A program made the position numbers and the translations under genes. A stretch of 64,000 nucleotides of DNA, from assembly GCA_963745035.1 (NCBI GenBank), contig CAVUVW010000012.1, forward strand, positions 15,501 to 79,500, given 5' to 3'. Below are positions 1 through 12,187 of this stretch, one piece after another. The DNA comes from an uncultured delta proteobacterium. GTDB taxonomy: Bacteria; Desulfobacterota; Binatia; UBA9968. How positions within the stretch are numbered: position 1 is the stretch's first letter; the number at the start of each line of letters is the position of its first letter. The notes under the pieces are model-generated. The model saw only the letters and a program-made list of their open reading frames with translations. It did not search any database and was not told the origin of the DNA.

Positions 1-1319
1 GTTTCTATTAGCTGTTCTCTGCCAAATTACCGTGTCTGAAAAAGTTGAGCATGCCTTCTCGGAATCGAAACTAGCATTCCACTCAGCCTTCGCTCTTTCC
101 GTGCGGTCATAGGATGCGTCGATCAGCAAAGTCTGAGCCTCTTCAAAGCTCAATTGCTCCATTTGACCTTTCAACTCATAGCTTGCCAGAGCTACAATAT
201 CGTCGAACTGCTCAGGTTCCGGAATTGTCAACCCTCCACTAATCGGTCCTCCCGCGAAACCCAATAATAGATACTCGATTTCGTGCTCGGCACATGTCTT
301 TGCGAGTACAGCAAAACCCCAATCATCCATTGAATGGCCATCCGAGTAGACAAAGACGTTCTCTTTAATCTCCTGCATGTCCGTGGCTGGAAAAGATTTC
401 TCCAATAATGAAACGTCCGTCAGTAAACACAAACGTTGCACCACATGATCATTGAAGTTATTTTCACGCCATCGAAATGCCTGAAAAGAAAGCTGCTGCG
501 ACGCCAACGCTGATAGAATCAGCCTCGAGTCGTGACCGCCCGTCAATCCAAGAGCCAGGGTTTTTCCACGAGTTCTCTTCTGAATACGACTGGCGAACTC
601 CTCCATGGAAGTGACAATCGATGTCACTGTCTCTTTCAACTCCAATCCCGTCGCCCGCGCCGGCACTTTCCAGTAGCGCGCCGATGTGTTTGCACCAGCC
701 TTATATGTATTAATCAGTGCACGGCAGTTGTATACTGACGTTCCGCAGCAGCGTTCGCTCTCCAATCGGAAACCCAATTGTCAAAAATTGAAATGCCGCG
801 TCATCATCGAGCTTCAGCACCTTCAGCCGTTTGAACGCAGATAGGTTTGACGAGACAACGAGATCCTGATCACAGGACCAATACAAAGCCCGAACACCCA
901 ATCGATCCACGAACGTCGCCAATGTTGACGATTGCCGGTGGAAAAGAAATCCCGAGAAACATCCATTGAGCGCGGCAATGGCGAGCTCTTTTTCACTCTT
1001 ATAATTTTGGACCAATAAGTCCGCCAGCTTAGGATCATCACCGTGTAACGGCTCATGGCCGCAATAATCTTCGTAGAACACTCCCTCAACGAAGCACAGA
1101 TAATCGTCGCCCTCATGAAAGGACCATGAAGTTAGCGGCAAAGGAGCTTCAGGTTTCCACACCCCAAAAGCAATCCCATCGCTGGCCCATATCATCTTGT
1201 TTGTTGCCAAAATCGCCACTGAATCCGTCCAACCCGTTGTTAAGTACTCGCCGCTGCTCCTGCATAGGACTGTTGCCCGTGACTAGCATCCATCCCAGCA
1301 AGTGATTTCGCCTCATCAT
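1..1319 (-). CDS. Asparagine synthetase-like protein (Ntn-like + PP-loop domain), frameshifted, runs off window start
   Basis: ORFs 1149..1391 and 710..1219 join by frameshifts (LNGCFSG..DRLGVRALYW). Manual translation near 500-560 gives LALGLTGGHDSRLILSA, a PP-loop SGGxDS variant. Confidence 0.75.
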
Positions 1320-1395
1320 GATTAGCTCTGGCTTTGGCCGGCTACTCTGGAAGTGCGTGATCGTCTTCGCAAACTGCCGCCGCAACATCAATCAA

Positions 1396-2998
1396 CTAGC
1401 TGCTAATTCTTTGCCCGCCACATTGCTGCCTGGCATTCCGAATAGCCATGTTCTTTTCGAGACACTCGGCTGTCTTTCTGCGGAGGAGATCCACCGACCA
1501 GAAAAATAGCATGCGGGAAACATCAACGCTTTTACCCAAGCGATAGCTTTTCGTCTTTAAATCAGTGGAGCTCGTTGGCGAAACCGACAAAGTCTTGAAT
1601 CGGAGAAAATATTGGGCGTACGAAAACACCCGACAGACGAGATAAATTGTTTTGTTGAGAAGCCTGTGCGCATTGATCACACCAAGAGGCATATGAGCAT
1701 GTTGCCGCACAAAATCCCGAAACTCCTTTCGGAGAACAGCGTTGCTCGGGTAAGGTGGAGATTGAGTCACCATTTTCTTACGCATCCCAAACAGCTCACG
1801 AGGGATGCCGGCGGACTCCGCTATGCGACGGGGAATGGGCCGATCATACGAAGTATTTAATCTCCACGGCGCCATTTCACTAGAACGAGAAATTCTATGA
1901 ATGCTTTCAACGCTTCTCGCATGGATAAATGGAACGGGAAGATTGATGAAACCGCTCTTTAAGCGCACTTCCGTAAGCCTTAGGCCGGAGACGTCACCGC
2001 GTATGATTTCATCGTTTATGTACTTCGAAGGCAAATTGAGATCCCAGACTTTGTCACCATGGTAGCCCGTAAACACCACCGCCGCAGAGCAATTTCGTTC
2101 GATGTGCGACGCCATCATATGAAAAACAGTCTCGGCGTGCGTCGGATCTACGGCATAGAAGTACGGTTCAGTCTCCGCGCTGCGCTATCGCGCGATGATG
2201 AAGATCGATTGCTTCTAATTTCAATGTCTGAGCAATAGGACGTCCATCATCGAGCGCAAACGACTCGCTGACCCAACTCGGAACAGGTGAACTCGATCTC
2301 GGGCTGACGAAGGATTTTTGTACGCCGATATCCTTGACTAAAGTCGACACGGCGGTGGAGTCATATCCCGAAGACAAAGTCGTAAAAGCCTCCAATCCAA
2401 TCCTTCGGGCGGGGCTTTCGCAATTCGCTCTGATCCGTTTAAGAGTTTCGCGAAGGAGGCCGTAGTACTCGGTGAAAGAACCGATGCTGTGGGCCTTGGT
2501 TCGGGCCTCAAAAAGGATGTTGCCGTTTTTTACAACAATATTTTCGTGAAAGACCTGAAAGAATTCTCGTATTGTTGGGTGTACGACTGGGTAGCCTTTA
2601 TGATAGCGCCGTATGCCCTTCAGAATGCTATTGGCCTCTGTCGAATAGTTATGCGTATTGTCCAATGTCGCACCGGTAAACGCCAATAAAAGGATCAAGC
2701 TGTTGGACACCAACATTCGGCCATCGTCGATGCAGTAAAGCAGTCGATCCACCAATGCTGAAGAAGGAACGAAATAGACGCTGCCGCTTTCAACTCGCAA
2801 ACCGCTGCCGAAAAAGTTTTCACTCCGATGAAAATCGCCACAACCAAAGTCGCCGTCCCATACACCCTCAACGATCCAATTGTCCCGGTATTCAACTGCA
2901 GTGCCGTGAAAGACCGTCAACTTATGGGCAGCGAAGTCCAAGAGCGCTAACCAAGCAAGCTTGGGCAAATCAGATATGGGTTGGCGGTTTATCTGCAT
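1396..2998 (-). CDS. PP-loop ATPase / asparagine synthase-related protein, split by frameshift near 2165
   Basis: ORF 2168..2998 has TTLSSGYDSTAV; ORF 1396..2118 has VFTGYHGDKVW and YDRPIPRRIAE. Contiguous, same strand. Confidence 0.65.
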
Positions 2999-3136
2999 GC
3001 ATTAAACTCTGCAAATAGCTGTGCTTTATTGGCAGCGAACGGTTTTCATTGGTGATGAGTGACAACTCTGTGCTTTTCGATTGGTTAACGTCACCGGCGA
3101 AAGTCCGAGTCAATTGTTGTGGATCTTACCGACCAG

Positions 3137-4087
3137 TCACTCGACTCGGTGGGAGGCGCGCGAAAACAGTCTCAACCCGATCCGGGACACGGGTTTAACC
3201 GCGCGTGCCGGATGTGTTGCAATATCGCGGTACCCCATGAGCTTAACATCGCCACTAGCAAGTCCCTGTCGGAATCGAGGGTCAAGTAGAACCTGGAGCT
3301 CCCGAGTTCTCGGTTCGATATAGCTCGACCAGCGCTTCAAATCACCGTCTATGTATCCCGGGTGGGCGACGAATTCATTGATGCCCCGCGGCAGATGTTT
3401 CAGCATTGCTAAATAATTTTCAACGCTAATGCGATCGGGGCGGCTAGTCATGTGAGTAATCTCCACGCGCCGATCGGGCATAGTGAGTCGACGGTGCAGA
3501 GCTTTCGCTCGCAATAGATAATTCCAAGCGAACTTCGGGAGCCGGCTGGGCTTTCCGATAAGATGCATCAGATGCCGGAATCTTGGAATGCGGCTTTCCA
3601 TTCCGACTTCATAGACGTGGGTCCGAATTCTGCCGGCGCCGAGCTTTTCGGCGATTTGCAAAAATAACCCGTAGAGCCGCGGCAACCGATGGTAACCCAT
3701 GTGAAAATCCACGTGAGAAAAAGTTGGTCCCGCTAGATCGCGCGCCTTTTCTACCTGCGCGGTCATTTCGGCGCCAAGCTCGTCGAGCCGAATACGCTTT
3801 GCCATGAACTGGCGGATAAAATCCTCATAAAGAAACTCGCCGCTGTCATTCAGCAAAGTAGCGACTTTATGCGCGGGCAATACCGGCTTGCCGACCACCG
3901 GGTTGATGTGACAGCCGACGGACAGCTCAGGATGCTTCTTCACAAGCTCTGCAAGCTTATCGGCGTGCTGAAAATTGACGTTGGCTGACAGGCTGCGCAC
4001 GGTGCCAAATTCTATACACTCTTCTATGGCGCGGGTAATTCCGGCGGTGAACCCGTAGCCGTCGGCATTGATGATCAAGCAACGCAT
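3137..4087 (-). CDS. ChbG/HpnK/YdjC-family carbohydrate deacetylase
   Basis: LIINADGYG, SVGCHIN, SHVDFHMGYH, EFVAHPG and RELQVL motifs; ATG at 4087. Confidence 0.85.
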   Translation of the reverse strand: MRCLIINADGYGFTAGITRAIEECIEFGTVRSLSANVNFQHADKLAELVKKHPELSVGCHINPVVGKPVLPAHKVATLLNDSGEFLYEDFIRQFMAKRIRLDELGAEMTAQVEKARDLAGPTFSHVDFHMGYHRLPRLYGLFLQIAEKLGAGRIRTHVYEVGMESRIPRFRHLMHLIGKPSRLPKFAWNYLLRAKALHRRLTMPDRRVEITHMTSRPDRISVENYLAMLKHLPRGINEFVAHPGYIDGDLKRWSSYIEPRTRELQVLLDPRFRQGLASGDVKLMGYRDIATHPARAVKPVSRIGLRLFSRASHRVE

Positions 4088-5220
4088 GGTTTCCCCAAGA
4101 GCCGGCGGTAAAGCTCTGCGATTTTTACCGCTTCTTTTTCCCACACCAAGTGTCCGAGTGCAGCCTTCCGAAGCCTGGCTCCCGGATCCGCGCCTTTCTC
4201 AATCATCTCGAGCATCCGAACAACGGCTTGCGCATAATCGCTCGGATTTCCTCCATCGATGACGCGGAGGTCATTCGAACCGACACCGGCCTCTTCCAAA
4301 ACTTTCTTTAGAACCGGCATATAAGAGGTAACTACAGCGCATCCGGCCGCCATGTATTCACAGACCTTGACCGGCACTGCTACCTCCAGATGAGGCCCGA
4401 GCCACGGATGCACGTCCAATCCGATCTTCGCATTGCCTAATATTTGTGGAATTTGCCCGTGGGGAACTTTCCCAATCAATGTGCAGCCGTTCGGGAGCCG
4501 CTGGCGCATGGCTTCTTGAATCTCCGGGGAGACCCCGATGACCAAGCTCCGCGCTGCGGGATGAATACGATGGACCTCCTCAATAACCTCGATCAGGAAA
4601 CCAGCGCGGCGCAGATTCAGGGTGCCTAAATGAACCAGATCAAATTCGCGCTTGTTCGGCTGGATAGTGAGTTTTGCCGCTGCGTCAAAAAATTTCCGCG
4701 AGATGTAATTGTACGCGACGATTTTCTCCTTGTTTGTAAATTTATCGGCAAGTGGCGGAGTGACTCCGACAATTGCATCTGCGAGCAAGGCAAGCCCTTT
4801 TTCCACCGTATCGGTCAGTTTTTTGACCAGCGGTTTGATCCATCCCGGAAGCCAATCCCGAATCAGCATGAGATTCGCAAAATCCTCGTGCACGTCGTAA
4901 ACGAATTTGGCTCGTCGCCACCACAGCTTGGCTACGGGAAGCGTAACAAGCATCTCGGGATCATGAAAATGAACGATGTCGGCGCGAAGATTGCGCGCCG
5001 CCCATAGACAACGCCAGGGCTGGCAAAGAAAGCGCGCGAGCCGGGAAGCCGACTTCGACACTGCTATGATCGGAACGTTTCCGGGCACGCCATGCTCCAG
5101 AGCACCGACAACAGTGACGTTGGCGCCCGAATCTCTTGAGACTCAATGCGTGCTTGCCATAGACCCTGTGATCTGTTGCTTCATGGCCCGAAGTGATCAC
5201 CAGCACTTCGACGCCTAGAA
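4075..5220 (-). CDS. GT4 glycosyltransferase (frameshift near 5130; start approximate)
   Basis: HFHDPE, YDVHED and PVKVCEYMAAG motifs; N-terminus VITSGHEATDHRVY is in the neighbouring frame. Confidence 0.85.
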
Positions 5221-5291
5221 GAGCGGGCTCGACGGAACACTGCGCCTCCAGATGCTTATCTGCGAATTCTGCCGGAGTAGGAAGAGACGCT

Positions 5292-6719
5292 TCAGCGCTG
5301 AAGGATGTTGTCATATGCAGACCGCATTTGGGAACGCTCGGTAAGACGCACGACCAGAGCCGTCTTGCCCGTGGGCGTCTTTGGGATTTCGGATACTTCT
5401 ACGACCTGCAAGTCCAGGTCGCCGATCCGCTCGATAATATCGTCGTGAACCGCGGCCGCGTCTTTCGGCCGGTATCCATTTCCGGGACGCACCAGGAGAT
5501 AGGCATGGCCCGGCCGGTCTTGAACGATTTGCGCCGAGTGAATCGTCGGGCTCCGCTTTATGGCTGTAGACAGCCGGCCGATTCTCCGCTGGTCCCCGGT
5601 AACAAGGTAGTCGTCGACTCTGCCCTCTATGTTCGCAAGAATGGCTTGAGGGTTGCCGCACTCGCACGTCTGTTCCTCGGCATAGGCACCATAGTCTCCG
5701 AGCCGGTATCGAATGAGAGGCATGACATCGTTGAGAAGTCCCGTAGCCACGAGTTCTCCGATTTCACCCGGCTCGCAAGCCGATCCGTCCGAACGCAAGA
5801 TTTCAACGATGCCGACTGTCGGCAAAACATGCATGCGTCCGTTCGGACATTCCATCGCCATCGCCACCCCTTCCGCTTGGCCATAGTGATCGAAGCATTT
5901 GCATTGAAAAAATTCCTCGATCACGGCGCGCATCTGGGGAAGCAGCGTGTCACCACTGACAATGGCAGCTCGCAAAGGGACGGGCGCAAGCCCTGCTTCC
6001 AAGGCGCTCGTTGCCAGCGCGGCGATTGCGGACCCATAACCGGTTATCCATTTCGATCCATACTCACGGAGCGCTGTGACATACGCCGGAGCGCTGTCCG
6101 GCGGGATACGTGGTAACTCGAAAGATATAACTGCTTCCATCGTCGATTGTAGCGCCAGTAGGGTGGTTGTTTGGCACTGCCTCTGATGATCGGCCGACCG
6201 CCCATCATCGCTCGTGGCATATGCTGCGCGAGACCGGCGACGTTCCTGACCATCGTCTCGGTCACAGCCCACCACTTTGACACCATCGCTTTCGGCCAAT
6301 AGATGGTCAGTGAGGTTCCGGTCGTACCGCTGGTTTTTTCCACCCAAAGCGATTTGGGACAGACTCCTTCGACAAGAAACTGTAACTCGTTTTGACGAAT
6401 GGATTGCTTATCTAAAGTCGGCAACAGGTTGAGTTGGGCTGCCGAGCGGACCGAATGCCAGTTCCAGACCGTGCCAGCGACTTCGATAATATGGAACGCG
6501 AGTCGCCGCCAGCTCAATCAGCAAGCGGAGTTGCTCGTTCTGCCAAGCCTGAGCTTCATCTCGAGACCAACTTCGACAGCGCTGATACCAGCGCCGCCAC
6601 TCCTCATAGCCGTCTCCGTAGTAGATCTTATCGAGGTGACCAGCATAGAAGGTGAGGGCCGCTTCCTGAACAAACACCGGCAGCCGCCAGTAGACCTCCA
6701 TCTTCCAATCGTGGATCAC
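5292..6719 (-). CDS. Phenylacetate-CoA ligase/CapK-like adenylate-forming enzyme (two frameshifts)
   Basis: Three overlapping ORFs; TSGTTG P-loop, DHYGQAE, MPLIRYRLGD, IEGRVDD, IPKTPTGK. Confidence 0.85.
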
Positions 6720-6728
6720 CGCCGCTTC

Positions 6729-7602
6729 TCAGATCGCGTCAAAGCTGACAATTTGCACGCCTGCAGCGAGCGCCGCATTCCGAAGTTCCTTGTTGCGGAG
6801 AATAGCCAGTTCTTCCGCGCGCTCATTACGGTAGTATGACCAATGACGAAGCGTCTCGTCCGGATAGGCGGGATGGCAGTAAATCTCATAGGTGCCGCTG
6901 GGCAAATTCTTCAAGACATTTGCCCAGCTATCAAACTTTGACTTGTTGCCAACTCCAGCATAACCGACGGTCACTAATTTGTCCGCCATGCGCATGCCTG
7001 CGCGCGCGCGCTCGAGACATCTGATACTTTCGGTACGAATGCGCAAGCCACACATGGGGTTGCCGTAAGTATATTTGGAGCCGCGCATGACGAGGTCGGC
7101 GGGATTCTAGACAAATTAACGATGCATTGTTGCGCATCCGGTGAATGCCCCACTTGCGCGCAACTTTCAAAAAAAGATCAAAATAGTCCAGGTGCCGATT
7201 CCCTTGAGAGTCGAGATGCGTGAGCCGAGTCCCTGCCAATTCTTTCACCCTGCCGATTTGAGCATCGAATTCAGCTTCCAATTCAGTTAAGGAAACATTC
7301 CCGTTTCGCAAAAGCTTCGGGAATTTTTCATTTTGCAGGTATCCGTCGCGTCCGACTAGAGAAGGAACTTGGTGAGCCGGCAGACAGGGCTTGCCCGCCA
7401 TCGGGTTGAGATGAACGCCTATGCTTATGTGAGGGAACTCCGATACGAGATCGCGAATCCGTTCGACGTCAGGAAAATTGGCGTTGACGCTCACACTGGA
7501 GATAAAATATCCTTCCCTGATCGCATCTATGATTCCCTGAGTAGCGCCTGGCCCAAAACCAAATCCATCGGCGTTGACAATCAATTTCCTCGAGATATCC
7601 AT
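6729..7602 (-). CDS. Second ChbG/HpnK/YdjC-family deacetylase (frameshift near 7000)
   Basis: LIVNADGFG, IGVHLN, THLDSQ; C-terminal EIYCHPAY..RAEELAIL in the next frame. Confidence 0.85.
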
Positions 7603-7661
7603 GCGGTAAGCGATGCACGATACCCTTAGCGGCGCACCAATGGCACGACGCCCTAAACCTA

Positions 7662-8393
7662 TTACCCATTCGTCGACGTAGAGTTTCGGCGAAAAACCTG
7701 TGCTGCTCTGGCTCGTATCCGCGCGCGTCCTTCACTGGTCCAGATGAATTTCAAAAAGGTTTGGCCAAGCTTTACATAGAAAAGCGTCCCAAGATATCGC
7801 AAGCGCAGGCGATCGGTCGTTTAAGAGGCTTCAGAATCGTTTCCAAGCCCGGGCATACCTTGAGATCAACGACCAGATGGATTCGATCGTGGTCACCGTT
7901 ATTCTCAACCCGGTGCCGAGCCGTAGCATCGAAATACCATGCGGTGCCGACAGGAAAATGATACGGCTGGCCGCCGACATACATTATGACCTTGTCGTTG
8001 GTTACGACTGGGATGTGAATCCGAACTAAACCCGCTGTGCTACGGTTTTCGCCCAGATCTCGATGTTCGCCTATTTTCGTTCCTGCTTTGAGCCGATAGT
8101 ACACCACACGGAACCATGGCGCACGGAACTGGGGCAAAAGCTCATTGCAAATGTATGGGGCAGCGCTCTCCTGCAGGCGTTTTATAAACCGGTAGGCGAT
8201 CGGCGCAACGGAGATCGCGCATATCGCCTCCTACTGAATAGAGCGAGATGCCATCCCAATGTTCTATGTCGGGCTGATAGCGGTTTTGGTGAGTCCAAAT
8301 CTGATCTTCCATACTGCTGAGATCCGCTAGCAGACGTGCTGGATCGATTTTGATAGTCGGGACAGGATACACTAGAGCACTGTTAGAATTCAT
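7662..8393 (-). CDS. Aspartyl/asparaginyl beta-hydroxylase-family Fe(II)/2OG oxygenase (frameshifts near 8140 and 7790)
   Basis: IGEHRD, RIHIPVVTN, FDATARHRVENNGDHDRIHLVVD. Confidence 0.8.
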
Positions 8394-8426
8394 GAGCGCA
8401 CTACCTTTGCGTAGCTCTTCGAAAAT

Positions 8427-9689
8427 TCATACCGCCCATCGGTTGCCCGAATTCACTTTGCGACTTTCAAGTAGCCCGCGGAAAAGCCGCACAACTTCGG
8501 CCATGCTCTTCCGTGCTGTAAAATGATCGGTGACTCTTTGTCTTCCTCTCTTTCCTATCTGAACACGGCTATTTAGCGACCCGGCAAGCTTCACCAAGGC
8601 TTCTGCAAACAATGTTGAATTCATCGCCGGGACTACGACGCATGCGCCTGTACCGCCGTCGATTTCCAACACCGGAGGGATTGCAAAGGCAATAGAGGGC
8701 ACTCCCATGGCCATTGCCTCTAGCAAGCTGTTCGGCATGCCTTCATGGCGGCTTGTAAATGCAAAAATATCGGCGCTGGAAAGATATTCCCACACTTGGT
8801 CCTCACTGCAAGCCGGCAGCAGCCTGATCCGGTGCTTTATGTCGGGAAATTGATCTAAATACTGCTGCACCTTGCGCGTCTCATCAAAGGCGGGATTCGA
8901 ACCGACCACGACACAAACAATCGCCGGCTCTCGTGCGGCGGCAAGAAGACCGCATCGATCAACTCAAAGATTCCCTTTTCCCGAGAAATTCTTCCCACGC
9001 TCACAACCAGCACCTGCTCTTCGCTGATGCCCAAGTCTGTTCTGATCTTGCTCGCGTTTGCTTTGGAAGCCGCGGAGGCGAACCATCCCTCGGGGTAAGA
9101 TTATATGCCGATCGCGAGGCATCCGATTGGCGTCCATACCCAAAACGTCGGCGGCTCTCGTCAAAAGTTCACCGCTTTGGTAAAAGACAATGTCCAGGTT
9201 TTGCAGCGTGCGACGCAACGCTCTACCGTAGGAAGAGTCCGGCGGAAACCGGACATCGCCTCCGGTAGCCCAGCCACTTGCCGGAACCCCCAGTTCGCGT
9301 CCGATTCTCCAAGCAAGCCCTCCCGCTGCTATCAGATCAAACGAGAGGATCGCATCGAATGGTCTACGCTCATAGATTTGTTTTGCCACCGCCCGAGAAA
9401 AACGGAATGCAACCGCGTCTACCCAGAGAGCCCCCCCAATGCGTGGGATTTGCGGATAGGCGGGTCGATGTATAGCAATCCCTTTTCTTACTTCAAAGGC
9501 GGGTGTCGAAGCATATATCTTCCAGCGCGGGACCAAAGACGAGAGCAATGGAAGCGCATAAGGACGAGGAACTAAAACTTCCACGTGCTCGCCAATCTCC
9601 TTCAAAGCAGCGACACTTCTTTGATTAAAGACACCTCCAATCGGCGAACCTGGTTTAGGAAAGTCGGGAGCCAAGAAAAGAATGTTCAT
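8427..9689 (-). CDS. GT4 glycosyltransferase (frameshift near 8950-9070)
   Basis: SRHEGMPNSLLEAMAMG; N-terminus MNILFLAPDFP. Confidence 0.88.
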
Positions 9690-9852
9690 GAATGGTTTGA
9701 AAAGATAACTTTAAGGAAGACTCGTAAAACCCGCCGGGACTAGGCTTCGATGGTATCGCGCGCGTACCGCCGGTCGGTGTTAGGACGCGCTATACTCTCG
9801 AAGGAGGATAAAGGAGTTTAACGTTTAAAAAGATTTGGAAGCCGGAATTCTA

Positions 9853-11205
9853 TCACGAGCGGCGGGAGGGGCGTGCAAATCTGACGACCCTCGGTCTATT
9901 CCGAATCGCGACATAGCTTGGAACTGGAGGCGCTGGGTTTCGGGACAGAGGAACCGGATTCCATGTTTTACGCAGCCCAGCGTACGCGGCGCCGGCGGCT
10001 AATGCATGGGATAAGATTACCCAGTAGTATTTACGATTATGGTTCGTTCCGCTCATGCCGGCAGTCAAGATAAAAAGCACCATCATGACCGGGAAAATTC
10101 CTTGAACACCATTACGCGCGCTCCATGCGGACCGCCAACACAGCCAGAGTGCGATAAAAAACGGGATAGCTCCTACCAGCCCTACCTCTGCAAGGATCCA
10201 GAGATAAACGTTGTGCTCGTCCCTGAACGGGTGCCCGACACGAGGTCCTAGCTCCCAAAAATGATTAATTGGACCCCACCCGATTAGCGGACTTTCCAGA
10301 ATCATGCCGATAGCCGCGGGATAGATCTTGTCGCGACCAGCCAAGTTTTCGTCATAAAACGTTTTTTCCCAACGAACGCGCACGGCTTCATTGTGATAAG
10401 AGAGCATGGCTAAGAACAAGACTCCCGCCAAGGCGATTACCCCAAACTTGAGCTTCGTCGCTAAATTCTTCCCCTTTAGAAAAAAGACCGCCAAGCTTAC
10501 CAAAACCGCCACAAGCGGTCCCCGAGACCCGGTTTGTACGATCGCTACAGCAAGGATTCCGGCGCCAAACCAGAAAATCAAGCGCGCTTTCCAGTCATTC
10601 TTTGTGCGGCCATACGCAAGCCCGAAGAGGGCGAGTAGCCCGAGTGATAAGACTGCGGCAAGACTGTTTGGATTACCCTCAAAAGCAGTCACGCGCCCCG
10701 CGCCTTTTGCCACCGCGCTTGCGGCACCTGTCACCTCGCTCGTGACACCCAGAAGCTGAAGCACCGCCAGAAGAATGGCAGCCGCAGACAGAGCCCAGAA
10801 TGCTCCGTTGACGATTCGCTCTTGCTTCAGCAAATTGTAAGAAATCCAGAAAAGGCCGAGAAATTGAACGAATCTGAATACTGACGAGACGACCGCGCTC
10901 GAAAAGTCCGGTACGTTTGGTGGAAACAAGATCAGGTATAAAGCCCAAAGCCCATGAATAAACAGGTAGATGACAAGCCACCAAAATGCTTTCGGTGGAA
11001 ATTCATAGCACACGCGCGGCTGAAACAACGCGAATGCCGCCAAGGCAATGCCAAGTAACTTCGGTAACGACGTTGTTCCTCCGGCTATATAGGCCTCCTC
11101 GAACGGCAGTGAAAAGATGAATGCATAGAACGTGTAGCGGATTACCCAACTGGCCGCAGGCGCCTGAACGGGGTCTACGCCTATTAGCGGACGACTGTTT
11201 CGCAA
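9853..11205 (-). CDS. O-antigen ligase / Wzy polymerase family membrane protein
   Basis: About 10-12 hydrophobic segments; NPNSLA, TGSRG, PLIGWG, HNVYLWILAEVG. Confidence 0.85.
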   Translation of the reverse strand: MRNSRPLIGVDPVQAPAASWVIRYTFYAFIFSLPFEEAYIAGGTTSLPKLLGIALAAFALFQPRVCYEFPPKAFWWLVIYLFIHGLWALYLILFPPNVPDFSSAVVSSVFRFVQFLGLFWISYNLLKQERIVNGAFWALSAAAILLAVLQLLGVTSEVTGAASAVAKGAGRVTAFEGNPNSLAAVLSLGLLALFGLAYGRTKNDWKARLIFWFGAGILAVAIVQTGSRGPLVAVLVSLAVFFLKGKNLATKLKFGVIALAGVLFLAMLSYHNEAVRVRWEKTFYDENLAGRDKIYPAAIGMILESPLIGWGPINHFWELGPRVGHPFRDEHNVYLWILAEVGLVGAIPFFIALWLCWRSAWSARNGVQGIFPVMMVLFILTAGMSGTNHNRKYYWVILSHALAAGAAYAGLRKTWNPVPLSRNPAPPVPSYVAIRNRPRVVRFARPSRRS

Positions 11206-11263
11206 TGCTGCCGTCCCCCGACCTGCGGACGTGAGAGAATCAGATAGGCCATTGTTTTACCGA

Positions 11264-12177
11264 TTAGCGAGTTGCGCTAGAAAGGGAATCTCTCAATTTT
11301 TTGATTCTCCGAAAGTTACCGACGCCAAGAAAGGACAAACACAAGTTGTAGTAGTGTCTGATCTCGAAGGGATACAGACTTATCGCGCGCAACAGTGCAC
11401 CGCGCCCTTTTCTCGTATTACCGCTGAAACAATAAATTACCCCTAAATTGGAATAGCGGCTGCTGTAGCTCTTGGCGTCCGCGACAAAGTGCGCCGCATG
11501 TTTCATTAGCAACTCTTCAAGACCTCGGACCTTCGATTGGTGATTCGTCGAGATCCTATTCTCGTGAAGGCTGTAGAATACCAAAGGCTCGGTAATATAC
11601 TCCACTTCGAATTCTTTTGAGATCCGCAGCCACATATCATAGTCGGCCGAAGCGGCGAGCCTTTCATCGAACAATCCGATCTTCTCCAGACAAGCCCTTC
11701 GTATAAGTACGGTGGAGCACGTCCCAATCCAATTTTGTTGACACATGGCGGCGAAGGCGTACCCGCGTTTTTCAGGAATGAATCGGTTGACAACCCGCGT
11801 CGTCGACACATCGCTCTGTAGAACCCGGTGTAAACCAAGCCAACTTTGGCGGGACTGCTATCGAGCAAGGAGACTTGCTTTTCCAGCTTCTGCGGTAGCC
11901 ATTCATCATCGTCGTCAAGAAGTGCGATCAATTCCCCCGAGACTCGGTTGATTCCGTTATTTCTCGTCACACCTTGACCCTTATTGGTCTCGTGGCGTAC
12001 GTACTGGATCCGCGGGTCGGTAAAACTTCGGATGACCTCGGGCGTTTCATCTTCGGAAGCGTCATCCACCACAATGATTTCAAAGTCCTGGAATGTTTGA
12101 TTCAGAACGCTCTGAATCGCCGACCGAAGAAAAGACGCCCTATTATGAGTGGGAATGACGACGCTGACTTTAGGCAT
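11264..12177 (-). CDS. GT2 glycosyltransferase (frameshift near 11812)
   Basis: VSVVIPTHNR, VVDDAS, LLDDDDEW, DYDMWLR. Confidence 0.9.
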
Positions 12178-12187
12178 TGATAAGATC

